A stretch of DNA of 56,517 bases from Verrucomicrobia bacterium UBA3750 (GCA_002371755.1 DFGM01000142.1:1-56517); one strand, 5' to 3'; positions 8,997 through 16,511 are shown, counted from the stretch's first letter. Notes: generated by a model from the letters alone, not told the origin. Program-made: numbers and translations.

Positions 8997-11132
8997 TCAA
9001 ACATTGTTTAACTCTTTTAGAAACGCCAGGGCACTGGCGTTGGGTGAAGAGACCTCCCCGGCGGCGGCCTCGCCACACCCGCCCATGCAGCCGGGGGGGA
9101 AATCGTTTCTGGCTCCATTGAGCTCTTCGAGGCTGTAGCCCTTGCCGGTCGGCACGGGGCCGCGCGCAGCGGCGCTCTGCGCCGCCGCGACGAGGGCGCG
9201 GTTGACGTTCTCTGCCGCGACGCGGGCGACGTGGCTTTCGGCGTGCCGCGCCCTGGTGTCGGCCATGAGCTCGGCTATCTGATGCTGGCGCTGGCCCACG
9301 GCGACCTTGATACTGTCCGGATCCGCCCAGGCTGCCGTCTTGAGCGCTGGAGCGACGCCGAAGTTCTCTGCGCCCGTCTCGTCGGTAATCCAGATCTGCA
9401 ATGGAAGCGTCGGGCACCAATAGAACCAAACCTCGTCGCCCGCGCGGAGATTGTGAGCGATGCCGTTCCTGTCGCGGTACTGCGCGAGGTAGATCTTGCG
9501 CTCGCCCGGATAGTAGACTGCATCGGTGAAGCTGATCGTGCCGTCACGCCCAACCGTCGCCTTGCGGATGTCGCCCGGATCAAGAAAGCAGCAAGCGTCG
9601 AATATCGGCCAGCGCACCAAATCCTTGGCGCCCGCCGCCCACGCCTCGCGCCGCGACATCTTCATTTTGCACATGTAGCGCTCGGGGTCGCTCTCGATGA
9701 ACGCGCGGATCGCCGCGACCTTCTCAGGCGCTTTGTCCAGGAGGTCGCTGATCGGCAGCCACTTCGCGCTTTCGTCAATGCGGTACTTGACGATCTCCTT
9801 CTCAGCCCATCCTTCGAGATGGTGGTCGTGGTCGTCCATCACCTCGGCTTCAATGACCTGGAAATAGGAAAGATAGTTCTTCCACTCCAGGATCGGCAGC
9901 TGCAAAAGCGGCACAAGCGCCACGTCGATCTTCTCGGCAAGCGCAATCATCTTCTCTGAATACTTGACGACCGCGCCCTGGCTCTCGTGCATGTGCGCGG
10001 CATCGCGGCCACGGTTGCCGAGAAGCCCCGCCGTCGCGTTGTGCAGGATGTTGTGGCTGCACTCGCAAAGCGCTTTCATCCTCGGGTTACCGCCGCCGTC
10101 GCCCATCAGGATGCCGTTGTGCGCGGGCGTGTTCATTTTGCCCGAGACGCGCCAGTGGAAAAGCTCGCCCCACCCGGGCACTGCCGCGATGCGCGACAGG
10201 ACGCGATCGTTGAGCCTCGTCGTTCCGTGTTCGCCAACCCAGGTGACGCCGGCGCGGTAGAAGCCGGTGTTGCACATGATCCCGGCCAGCTCGAAGCGAA
10301 ACTGCTGCTCCTTCAGGTTGTCGCGCGTTTCCTTGCCGGTCTTTGGATCGACCTTGAGCGTGCGCGGCTTGATGAGCGATCCAATCTTGAAAGCCGACGC
10401 GACATCGTAGGTAGCGAACTCCAGCGGCTGGAAGATCCCCTTGATGCCGGGCGCGTAGACGTCGATATTGTGCCAGACGTCGTCCGACTGGTAGACCTCG
10501 CCCGGATGGAGCCCGACGCGCGAGCGGATCACCGGCGCAAGATATTTCGACGCGGCGAACATGCCCTGCCGATTCCACGCCAGCGCCAGGTCGCGCCCCT
10601 GCTCGCGGGCGTAGATGACCATCAGGTTTTGGTAGGTCATTCCGCGCGGCGTCCAGTTCGCGGGGCAATACGCGGGCATTGCCTCGTATTGGTTCTGACC
10701 CGCCCAAATGTCGCGCCAGGTTCCGAAGGAGAAGCGGATGTCGCCGCGCCTGAAGTCGCGCATCATCGCGCGGTAGGCCGCATGGCAGCCGCCGTCGTTC
10801 TTGTTGCGCTCGCAGTAGTTCTTGAAGTCGCGGTAGAAAGGATTGTCGACGGCCGGGCGCTTCATCTTACGCCCGTCGGCGAGCGCCAGAACGCCGTCGC
10901 CCGTCTTCCGGGCCTCCGCCTCCAGCCAGACGTAGTACTTCCGCTTCAGGCCCTTCGTGCCGTAGAGCCGCTGGTACTTGGCGAAAAGATCGAGTATCTT
11001 CCCCCCCTCGTCGTTCTCCTTGCGGATGAGCTTGAAGATGCGGTCAAGGTCGAGGATGCGCTTGCGCTCCGTGTAGGAGTCGACGCACTCCAGTGCCGCG
11101 TAGGCCGCCATTGCTTGCGTTGCTTCAGACAT
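8997..11132 (-). CDS. MuA-like DDE transposase
   Basis: 711 aa. Immediately upstream of the AAA+ partner. The segment VYQSDDVWHNIDVY resembles the first catalytic Asp region of MuA (wngDgylhnvfv). Size and synteny are typical for a MuA-like transposase. Confidence 0.75.
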   Translation of the reverse strand: MSEATQAMAAYAALECVDSYTERKRILDLDRIFKLIRKENDEGGKILDLFAKYQRLYGTKGLKRKYYVWLEAEARKTGDGVLALADGRKMKRPAVDNPFYRDFKNYCERNKNDGGCHAAYRAMMRDFRRGDIRFSFGTWRDIWAGQNQYEAMPAYCPANWTPRGMTYQNLMVIYAREQGRDLALAWNRQGMFAASKYLAPVIRSRVGLHPGEVYQSDDVWHNIDVYAPGIKGIFQPLEFATYDVASAFKIGSLIKPRTLKVDPKTGKETRDNLKEQQFRFELAGIMCNTGFYRAGVTWVGEHGTTRLNDRVLSRIAAVPGWGELFHWRVSGKMNTPAHNGILMGDGGGNPRMKALCECSHNILHNATAGLLGNRGRDAAHMHESQGAVVKYSEKMIALAEKIDVALVPLLQLPILEWKNYLSYFQVIEAEVMDDHDHHLEGWAEKEIVKYRIDESAKWLPISDLLDKAPEKVAAIRAFIESDPERYMCKMKMSRREAWAAGAKDLVRWPIFDACCFLDPGDIRKATVGRDGTISFTDAVYYPGERKIYLAQYRDRNGIAHNLRAGDEVWFYWCPTLPLQIWITDETGAENFGVAPALKTAAWADPDSIKVAVGQRQHQIAELMADTRARHAESHVARVAAENVNRALVAAAQSAAARGPVPTGKGYSLEELNGARNDFPPGCMGGCGEAAAGEVSSPNASALAFLKELNNV

Positions 11133-11145
11133 CTTCCAATCCCTT

Positions 11146-11439
11146 TCAAATCTTGTTGCAGTACTTCTTCAGGAACTTCAAAAGCGACGCGCGCGGAATG
11201 CGGTAGCTGCGTCGCTTGCCCTTGTTCGTCGGGCGCGCGAGGAACCCCAGCTCGCCCGAGTCGCACAGCGCGTAGACAGGTTCGGCGTCGGCGCCCCACC
11301 CGAGGATGCCCGCCGCCTCCAGCGGCGAGAACTCGTCCTTTCCGCGCATCTTGCGAACGTAGTGCTGCATCTCGACGGAATTCACCAACTCGGCGTCTTC
11401 CAGCTCCTGCAGCCAGTTCCTCTGGACGAATTCGGCCAT
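11146..11439 (-). CDS. excisionase-type HTH DNA-binding protein
   Basis: 97 aa. The C-terminal RSYRIPRASLLKFLKKY matches the excisionase-family HTH ending (yripr..l..fl). Confidence 0.55.
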   Translation of the reverse strand: MAEFVQRNWLQELEDAELVNSVEMQHYVRKMRGKDEFSPLEAAGILGWGADAEPVYALCDSGELGFLARPTNKGKRRSYRIPRASLLKFLKKYCNKI

Positions 11440-11460
11440 GTCCCGTTTCCTTGCGCCCCT

Positions 11461-12195
11461 CTACTTCTTCAGCCGCTTCCGCAGGGCGTCGACGAGCATC
11501 TCAAGTTCGCCAAGAAACTTCTTGGCAACTCCCGTGTTGAGGTCGCGCGCCGCCGAGTGGAACGCCGCGCGGTTCTGTTCGAACACCTTCATCGCGTCCA
11601 TCCACATCCTTGTCGCCGCGTCGCCGTCCGTGAGGCCGTCGCCGCTCGCCGAAATCTCCTGTGCGATCTTCCGCTTGCGATCCATCGCCGCGCTCTTCTT
11701 CTTCCCGCCTGCGTCCCCCATGAAGTCGAACCACGCCTGCTCCAGCTTGCGGCGGCTCGTCACGTTCTCGAACAGATCGTCGCACTTCTCCACGACCGTT
11801 GCGTCCACGTCCACCGTCTCGCCGTCCGGCTGGACGACCTGCTCGCGCCCCAGGAGCGCCGCCGCCGCGCTTGCCGAGTTGCCCAGCATCGCCAAAGCCT
11901 TCTCCGCATACGCTTTGTAGTTCATCGCCGTTGGATAGGGAAGCTCTGGACAGTGCGTTTCAAGCCAGCCCTTGAGCCCGGCGCCTGACGTGCCGCCTTC
12001 GCCGCCGCGCGACTCGCCGAGGAAGTTGCCCCACTCGATGAGCATCGCGCCGAATTTGACGCGCTCGCGAAAACACGACTTCTCGGCTGCGATGACGACC
12101 TGATACTGGTTGACGAGCTGCAGCGCGGTCGCCGCGTCCTGAGAGTTGCGAGTTGAAAGTTGAGAGTTGAGAGTGGCATTCTTTTTCATCTTCAT
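11461..12195 (-). CDS. hypothetical early protein
   Basis: 244 aa from MKMKKN (ATG 12195). The upstream part of the tracked ORF is Arg-rich and overlaps the neighbouring gene, so it was rejected. Helical; function unknown. Confidence 0.6.
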   Translation of the reverse strand: MKMKKNATLNSQLSTRNSQDAATALQLVNQYQVVIAAEKSCFRERVKFGAMLIEWGNFLGESRGGEGGTSGAGLKGWLETHCPELPYPTAMNYKAYAEKALAMLGNSASAAAALLGREQVVQPDGETVDVDATVVEKCDDLFENVTSRRKLEQAWFDFMGDAGGKKKSAAMDRKRKIAQEISASGDGLTDGDAATRMWMDAMKVFEQNRAAFHSAARDLNTGVAKKFLGELEMLVDALRKRLKK

Positions 12196-12218
12196 GTTTG
12201 TCCTTTTTTTGGCTTGTA

Positions 12219-12461
12219 CTAGTAAATGCTCCCGGCGCAAGTGCCGCGCCGCTCGATGCGGACGCTGCCGCGTTCCTCGATCTTCGGGATCGGCAGCCCC
12301 GCGCGCTCGAAGGCGGCGTCGCGGGCGGCGAAGAACTCTGCACGGCGGCGCGCCTTCTGCTGCTTCCGCCTTGCGGCTTGGCACTTGTCGCTGCAGCAGA
12401 CCTGGCTGCCGTAGCGCGGAAGAAACGCTGCACCGCAGACTGGGCAGACGCGCGAGTTCAT
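12219..12461 (-). CDS. small zinc-ribbon protein
   Basis: 80 aa. CPVCG...CCSDKC forms a four-Cys ribbon, followed by a basic helix (ARRKQQKARRRAEFF). Confidence 0.6.
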   Translation of the reverse strand: MNSRVCPVCGAAFLPRYGSQVCCSDKCQAARRKQQKARRRAEFFAARDAAFERAGLPIPKIEERGSVRIERRGTCAGSIY

Positions 12462-12598
12462 GGCCGCGCCTCCATGTTGCGCCCGTAGCGGTGGTAGAGT
12501 TTGATGCCGATGGCGATACCGAAGCAGACGCCGGTTGCGAGCGCGAGCGCGGCGAAGGCGAGGAACTGCCCTGCGTTTATGTCGATCGGGAGATTCAT
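12458..12598 (-). CDS. 46-aa single-pass membrane peptide (below the ORF-track cutoff)
   Basis: My translation: MNLPIDINAGQFLAFAALALATGVCFGIAIGIKLYHRYGRNMEARP. Its stop overlaps the next ATG (ATGA). Confidence 0.45.
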   Translation of the reverse strand: MNLPIDINAGQFLAFAALALATGVCFGIAIGIKLYHRYGRNMEARP

Positions 12599-12638
12599 CT
12601 AAACGTGCTCCTTGTGTGGTGTGGTTTTTAGACAGGAT

Positions 12639-12800
12639 TTACAGGATTGACAGGATTAGATTTGTCGCAGCAGTCGAGCAGTCCTCGCTGTCGTCGATCG
12701 GATCGACGCCGAAGTCGTTGGCACCGTCGCAGTCGCATCCGCCGCCAAGTTGGGCGGCGTCTTCGCAAGTGTCTAAGAATGGGCAGTTCGAACACCACAT
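12639..12800 (-). CDS. 53-aa Cys/Asp-rich peptide
   Basis: MWCSNCPFLDTCEDAAQLGGGCDCDGANDF... from ATG 12800, one nt after the upstream stop. The 3' end overlaps a 3x9-bp ACAGGATT tandem repeat. Confidence 0.45.
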   Translation of the reverse strand: MWCSNCPFLDTCEDAAQLGGGCDCDGANDFGVDPIDDSEDCSTAATNLILSIL

Positions 12801-12801
12801 C

Positions 12802-13095
12802 TTACTTGCCCTCCTTCTTGGCTGCGCGGTTGGCTGTCTGGCGGCGGTGCTTGCCGAGTCTGGACAAGCAGCCACTCAGCATTTTCCTCGTTACTTCACT
12901 GGCAAATGCTCCGCCGCGAAAGACCGAGGCAGTTGCCAGTAGGAGGCCGTCTTCGTCAAGCTTTATCGAGATGTTGTAAAACGCGGGATCACGTCTCACT
13001 ATTATCGCCCGAAGCACTGGAATCTCCTTGTCATCCGCGCGCGCGACAACTGTTGTCAGATCTTCGCTCTCCTTTTTGAACTCGTATGTGCTCAT
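12802..13095 (-). CDS. hypothetical early protein
   Basis: 97 aa from MSTYEFKK (ATG 13095), preceded by AAGGAGAAAAACAAG. Confidence 0.55.
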   Translation of the reverse strand: MSTYEFKKESEDLTTVVARADDKEIPVLRAIIVRRDPAFYNISIKLDEDGLLLATASVFRGGAFASEVTRKMLSGCLSRLGKHRRQTANRAAKKEGK

Positions 13096-13129
13096 CTTGT
13101 TTTTCTCCTTGTTTGTGGCGTGGGTGTGG

Positions 13130-13375
13130 TTAAATATCGCGCTGAGACGCAGAGCCGCTGAGGTCGGTGCCGGGGCAGGTCGCGAATATCTGAATGACAA
13201 CCGGCGCTGGGCCGTAAAAGTCGTGGACGTCGAGCGCCGAAAACTTGCCTGCCGGATCCATGTCGGCTATCTTCCGCGCTGTCGTTGCCAAGGCAGCGCT
13301 CTGCCTGCGATAAAGCCCTTTGAGGAAGGCGGCGCTTTGTTTGCGATGAAGCTTTTTGAGCGGTTCAGCAGTCAT
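13130..13375 (-). CDS. hypothetical early protein
   Basis: 81 aa from MTAEPLKK (ATG 13375), 1 nt after the stop of the upstream lipoprotein gene. Confidence 0.5.
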   Translation of the reverse strand: MTAEPLKKLHRKQSAAFLKGLYRRQSAALATTARKIADMDPAGKFSALDVHDFYGPAPVVIQIFATCPGTDLSGSASQRDI

Positions 13376-13376
13376 C

Positions 13377-13634
13377 TCACTTCCCCTCCTCATCGTCACA
13401 GCCGAAGGTATACTGGCGAGTTTCGGAGACATTCAACCACCCTTTGTACCAAGTAGGGGTAGTGGTGTATTTTTTGGCCTCAATCATAAGCCTGTATCTA
13501 CCGGGCGGCAGGCTCTCATAGCCTGTAGTCGTAATATCAACCCTTCTCTCGCGAATGAGATTGAAGCCCTTGTCTTCTATTGTGATGCATCCGGCCAGCA
13601 TTGTCGCTGCCGCAATCGCCATCAGTTTCTTCAT
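13377..13634 (-). CDS. phage-encoded lipoprotein
   Basis: 85 aa. Signal peptide with lipobox (MKKLMAIAAATMLAGC). Confidence 0.65.
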   Translation of the reverse strand: MKKLMAIAAATMLAGCITIEDKGFNLIRERRVDITTTGYESLPPGRYRLMIEAKKYTTTPTWYKGWLNVSETRQYTFGCDDEEGK

Positions 13635-13669
13635 CTTTCCCTACCTCCTGTTTGATTGTTTGTTTGTGG

Positions 13670-13867
13670 TTACTCAAACTCCTTGCCGTCGACTGTGCAC
13701 GTCACGCCCATCCGGCGGAGGCTGCGCTTAAGGCTGTCGTTCGGCTTGCGCTGGCCGTGCAGCACTTTGGATAGGTGCTCGCGTGAGCAGCCAAACCGCC
13801 GCGCGGCGCCCGTGATGCCGGTATAGGTCATCCGGCTCTTGATCATCGATGTCGCTTTCGACTTCAT
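13670..13867 (-). CDS. Ner/Cro-like small HTH regulator (first gene of early arm)
   Basis: 65 aa. HTH ITGAARRFGCSREHLSKVLHG. It is the first ORF downstream of the leftward promoter, facing the repressor gene. Confidence 0.6.
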   Translation of the reverse strand: MKSKATSMIKSRMTYTGITGAARRFGCSREHLSKVLHGQRKPNDSLKRSLRRMGVTCTVDGKEFE

Positions 13868-13883
13868 TTCTTTCCTGCGCTCC

Positions 13884-13912
13884 TTGTCTTTGTCATACTT
13901 TTATGATATAAT
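13884..13912 (+). promoter_or_regulatory. rightward promoter for the repressor operon
   Basis: TTGTCT (13884-13889), 17-nt spacer, extended -10 TGaTATAAT (TATAAT at 13907-13912). Confidence 0.55.
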
Positions 13913-13940
13913 CTTCGCCTGTCACAACGTGACGGTGCAT

Positions 13941-13969
13941 ATTGTATCAAATCGGATACAGGTTGTCAA
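13941..13969 (-). promoter_or_regulatory. leftward early promoter
   Basis: On the minus strand: TTGACA (13969-13964), 17-nt spacer, TACAAT (13946-13941). The predicted start sites of the two promoters cross each other by ~15 nt. Confidence 0.6.
13943..13960. promoter_or_regulatory. palindromic operator TGTATC-N6-GATACA inside the early promoter
   Basis: Perfect 6-bp arms at 13943-13948 and 13955-13960, spanning the -10/spacer of the leftward promoter. An extra TGTATC half-site lies at 13975-13980, and a second palindrome GTCACaacGTGAC at 13921-13933. Confidence 0.55.
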
Positions 13970-14000
13970 TGGTGTGTATCGGAAAAATAACAGACAAACA

Positions 14001-14399
14001 ATGAGCGTGTTGAGCGAGAGATTGAAAGAGTTGCGAGGTCCAACATCGCAGTCTGAAATGGCGCGGCAATTGGGAATGCCGCGCCCACAATGGATACGCT
14101 ACGAAACTGGCAAGAGCGTTCCAGGCTCTGATATACTCGCTGAAATCTGTCGCGTTCACGACTGCTCCGCCGACTGGCTGCTAGGGCTTCGCACGCCTCC
14201 ACGGCCGGTGCGCGTGACGGCGATTGATGCCGGGGACCACGCGGTCGTCGCCATCGGAGATAAGTCGCGCACGACGGTGCGCGTCACTTCTGCCGCGCCA
14301 GGCAAACGCCCCGACTGCAACGACTGCCCCTACAAAGAAAAGATGAAGGAGTTTGAAGCATTCTTCACTGCCACCAAAAAGAAAGGCAAAAGGAAATGA
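14001..14399 (+). CDS. XRE-family HTH repressor (c-repressor analogue)
   Basis: 132 aa from MSVLSERLKELRG. Classic HTH_3 (SQSEMARQLGMPRPQWIRYETGKSVP). Arranged head-to-head with the early arm (overlapping promoters, transcribed away from it). Confidence 0.8.
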   Translation: MSVLSERLKELRGPTSQSEMARQLGMPRPQWIRYETGKSVPGSDILAEICRVHDCSADWLLGLRTPPRPVRVTAIDAGDHAVVAIGDKSRTTVRVTSAAPGKRPDCNDCPYKEKMKEFEAFFTATKKKGKRK

Positions 14400-15493
14400 A
14401 TGTTCAACAGCCAGTCTTCACTTTCAAACCACTTCTTAAAAGATCCCTCTTTGAGAAATTATTCGGGCTCAAAAAAACAGAGAATGCTTTCAGAGAAATC
14501 AACAACGTTATTGCGGCAGCTCCTCGACCTTCATTGTCCGACATAGAGAAAATCAACGAACTTCATATGCGCTATGGGGCGAATGCCGTTATACAATGCC
14601 GTTCGCATGCGCTTGCACAGTATCGTTCATACCTGAAATCCTGTTTCCGTTCGCTGGCCCACACGGAAATCAGCCAACAAGACCTTGACGATCTGCAAAC
14701 GATCCAACATGCCTATCTGATCTCAGACGAAGAAATCTATGAACAAAACTTGCAGGTCGGCAAGTCGATCTACCAATGGGCGCTCAAAAACGCATTGTCA
14801 GACGGAGTCATAACCGACATGGAGAAGGCGCAATTAACGCATCTCGGGCACCAGCTCAATCTTGACGATGATGTCATTCATCAGATTTATGCCAAGGAAT
14901 TGCAATGCTTGTTAACGGCAAAATTGGAAGCCGCGCTTAAAGACGGGGAGATGTCACCCGAAGAGGAGGGGGAGATTGAAACCATCTGCCGACGATTCAA
15001 CATAAACCATAGCTATGAGATTGAAACCCAGGCTATCGTCGATGCCGCAAAAGATTTGTGGCAAGCCAAACACGGACGGCTGACACCGATTGAGGCTGAT
15101 ATTGCCCTGAAACCACGCGAAGAATGTTATCACGCCCAGCAGGTGGAATGGTGGGAACTCTCACAGTCACGTTCAAGAATGCACACACGAGACTCCAAAA
15201 CTACTTCCGTCTTCGTGGACTGCTGTCCCATTGTGGGTGGCACAATGAAGCAAATTGACGCAGGAACGCTTTACGTCACCAATATGCGACTGTTGTTTGT
15301 TGGACTAAATGGAACCAAGACATTACCTTACACAAGACTGATCAACGTGAGCGTCCATGAACCGTTTGTGCGACTTGACAAGGATTCTGGACGTAGTCCC
15401 TATTTGGCACCATCAAAAAACGTCAACAGCCTGTCGGCTCTGATCAACAGAATGATCGCCAAGCCTCACAGGAATTCATCTTTGCCGGAGTAG
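14396..15493 (+). CDS. repressor-coupled accessory protein: helical acidic repeats plus C-terminal PH/GRAM-like domain
   Basis: 365 aa. The ATG overlaps the repressor TGA (ATGA at 14396-14399). Visibly AT-richer than flanking phage DNA. Three DG-x-I/M-x3-E-type helical repeats. C-terminal GTLYVTNMRLLFVG...VRLDKDSGRSPYL. Confidence 0.8.
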   Translation: MNVQQPVFTFKPLLKRSLFEKLFGLKKTENAFREINNVIAAAPRPSLSDIEKINELHMRYGANAVIQCRSHALAQYRSYLKSCFRSLAHTEISQQDLDDLQTIQHAYLISDEEIYEQNLQVGKSIYQWALKNALSDGVITDMEKAQLTHLGHQLNLDDDVIHQIYAKELQCLLTAKLEAALKDGEMSPEEEGEIETICRRFNINHSYEIETQAIVDAAKDLWQAKHGRLTPIEADIALKPREECYHAQQVEWWELSQSRSRMHTRDSKTTSVFVDCCPIVGGTMKQIDAGTLYVTNMRLLFVGLNGTKTLPYTRLINVSVHEPFVRLDKDSGRSPYLAPSKNVNSLSALINRMIAKPHRNSSLPE

Positions 15494-15518
15494 TGGCAAT
15501 CCCCGCACAACCTTGAAT

Positions 15519-15542
15519 GCCCCTTGCAAGGGGTTTTATTTG
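15519..15542 (+). terminator. possible rho-independent terminator after the repressor operon
   Basis: GCCCCTTGCAAGGGG hairpin (short GC stem) followed by TTTTATTT. Confidence 0.4.
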
Positions 15543-15552
15543 CCCTGAAGCC

Positions 15553-15658
15553 GACGCGCATGTGCGAGCCGATGGTGGCCTGACGATGCGCCCTTGCGCG
15601 TTTTTCCGGCCCTTTGACGCGCACGTGCGCGTGATTTTCGCGACCATGCGCGTTGCGC
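15553..15658. repeat. A-B-A-B array of GC-rich near-palindromic motifs in the non-coding region before the late arm
   Basis: A: GACGCGCATGTGCG (15553-15566) and GACGCGCACGTGCG (15616-15629, containing the perfect palindrome GCGCACGTGCGC). B: GACGATGCGCCCTTGCGCG (15582-15600) and GACCATGCGCGTTGCGC (15642-15658). Period ~60-63 bp. Confidence 0.6.
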
Positions 15659-15700
15659 TTTGAGCAAAATATGCCGCGGCAGATTTTGCTCCCAAATTTA

Positions 15701-15738
15701 GCGGATTAAGCGGTTTTGCAGGATTAGGCGGATTAAGC
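15701..15738. repeat. three GC(G/A)GGATTA(A/G)GC motifs
   Basis: GCGGATTAAGC at 15701-15711, GCAGGATTAGGC at 15718-15729, GCGGATTAAGC at 15728-15738. Related to the ACAGGATT x3 repeat at 12632-12658. Confidence 0.55.
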
Positions 15739-15920
15739 ATTTTCTTTCCGTCTGACCTATGAGATAATACCCTCGCAACCGCACAACGGTTCGCTCAATC
15801 GAATCCTCCTAGTTGGTTGACGCTCACCACTGGAAGCGCAGGGAATGTCCAGGATAAACAAACTGCGCCCCCCGCAAAGGGTCAAAGGTCTTAAGGTCAA
15901 AGGTCAAAGGAGCGAAAAGA

Positions 15921-16187
15921 ATGTTCAAGGCACTCATAAGAAAGCTGATCCCGGGCGAAAAGCGCCTGGCCAGGCTCGCCGCCGACCGCGTGCAGAAGTC
16001 GGTCAACGGCAAGGACGACGACACCCGGCGGCTGATCGCCAAGTATTTCGCGCTCGCGCACGAGGCGACGGAGATTGCGAATCAGCTGACCGACTGGCTC
16101 AAAGACGGCGACATCGACGACGTCGAGCGCGACGCGATGGCCGCGCTGCTCGAACCGGCCATGGCCAAGGTGAAGGAGCTGATCTGA
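15921..16187 (+). CDS. hypothetical protein, first gene of late arm
   Basis: 88 aa. AAAGGAG lies 8 nt upstream of the ATG. Helical and acidic. Confidence 0.6.
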   Translation: MFKALIRKLIPGEKRLARLAADRVQKSVNGKDDDTRRLIAKYFALAHEATEIANQLTDWLKDGDIDDVERDAMAALLEPAMAKVKELI

Positions 16188-16510
16188 TGCGCGACCTTGT
16201 CACCTTCCTCCTGGGGGCCGCGCTGCTCGCGCTCTGCGGGTGCGTCAACACCGGCAGCCGCGTCATCGTGGGCGAGCAGCACGCGCTCCCGGAAGTGAGC
16301 GACGCCGCCGACAACTTCTCGGCGAAGATCTACGAGAACATCAAGGGCGCGTCGGTCTGGACGCGCAAGGACTCGGAGGTGCACGTCGTCTACCGCTGCG
16401 CCTACACGAACAGCTACTGCGGCGTCGTCCACACGCAAAGCGACATGTCGCTCGACGTGACCGTCACCCCGCTCGCCGTATCGAGCGACGACAGAGAGGA
16501 GGCGAAGTAA
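16187..16510 (+). CDS. phage lipoprotein
   Basis: 107 aa from MRDLVTFLLGAALLALCGC (lipobox). The start overlaps the upstream stop (TGATG). The Arg-rich N-terminal part of tracked ORF 15845..16510 was rejected. Confidence 0.65.
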   Translation: MRDLVTFLLGAALLALCGCVNTGSRVIVGEQHALPEVSDAADNFSAKIYENIKGASVWTRKDSEVHVVYRCAYTNSYCGVVHTQSDMSLDVTVTPLAVSSDDREEAK

Positions 16511-16511
16511 G

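Noticed and set aside
15444-15740. 98-aa minus-strand ORF in the intergenic region after the accessory gene.
   Set aside because: Ala/Arg/Pro-rich with no RBS. It spans the repeat arrays and the terminator hairpin, so it is more plausibly non-coding regulatory DNA.
15845-16186. Arg-rich N-terminal part of tracked ORF 15845..16510.
   Set aside because: It overlaps the better-supported ORF 15921..16187, which has an AAAGGAG RBS. The lipoprotein signal peptide begins at the internal ATG 16187, which overlaps the upstream stop.
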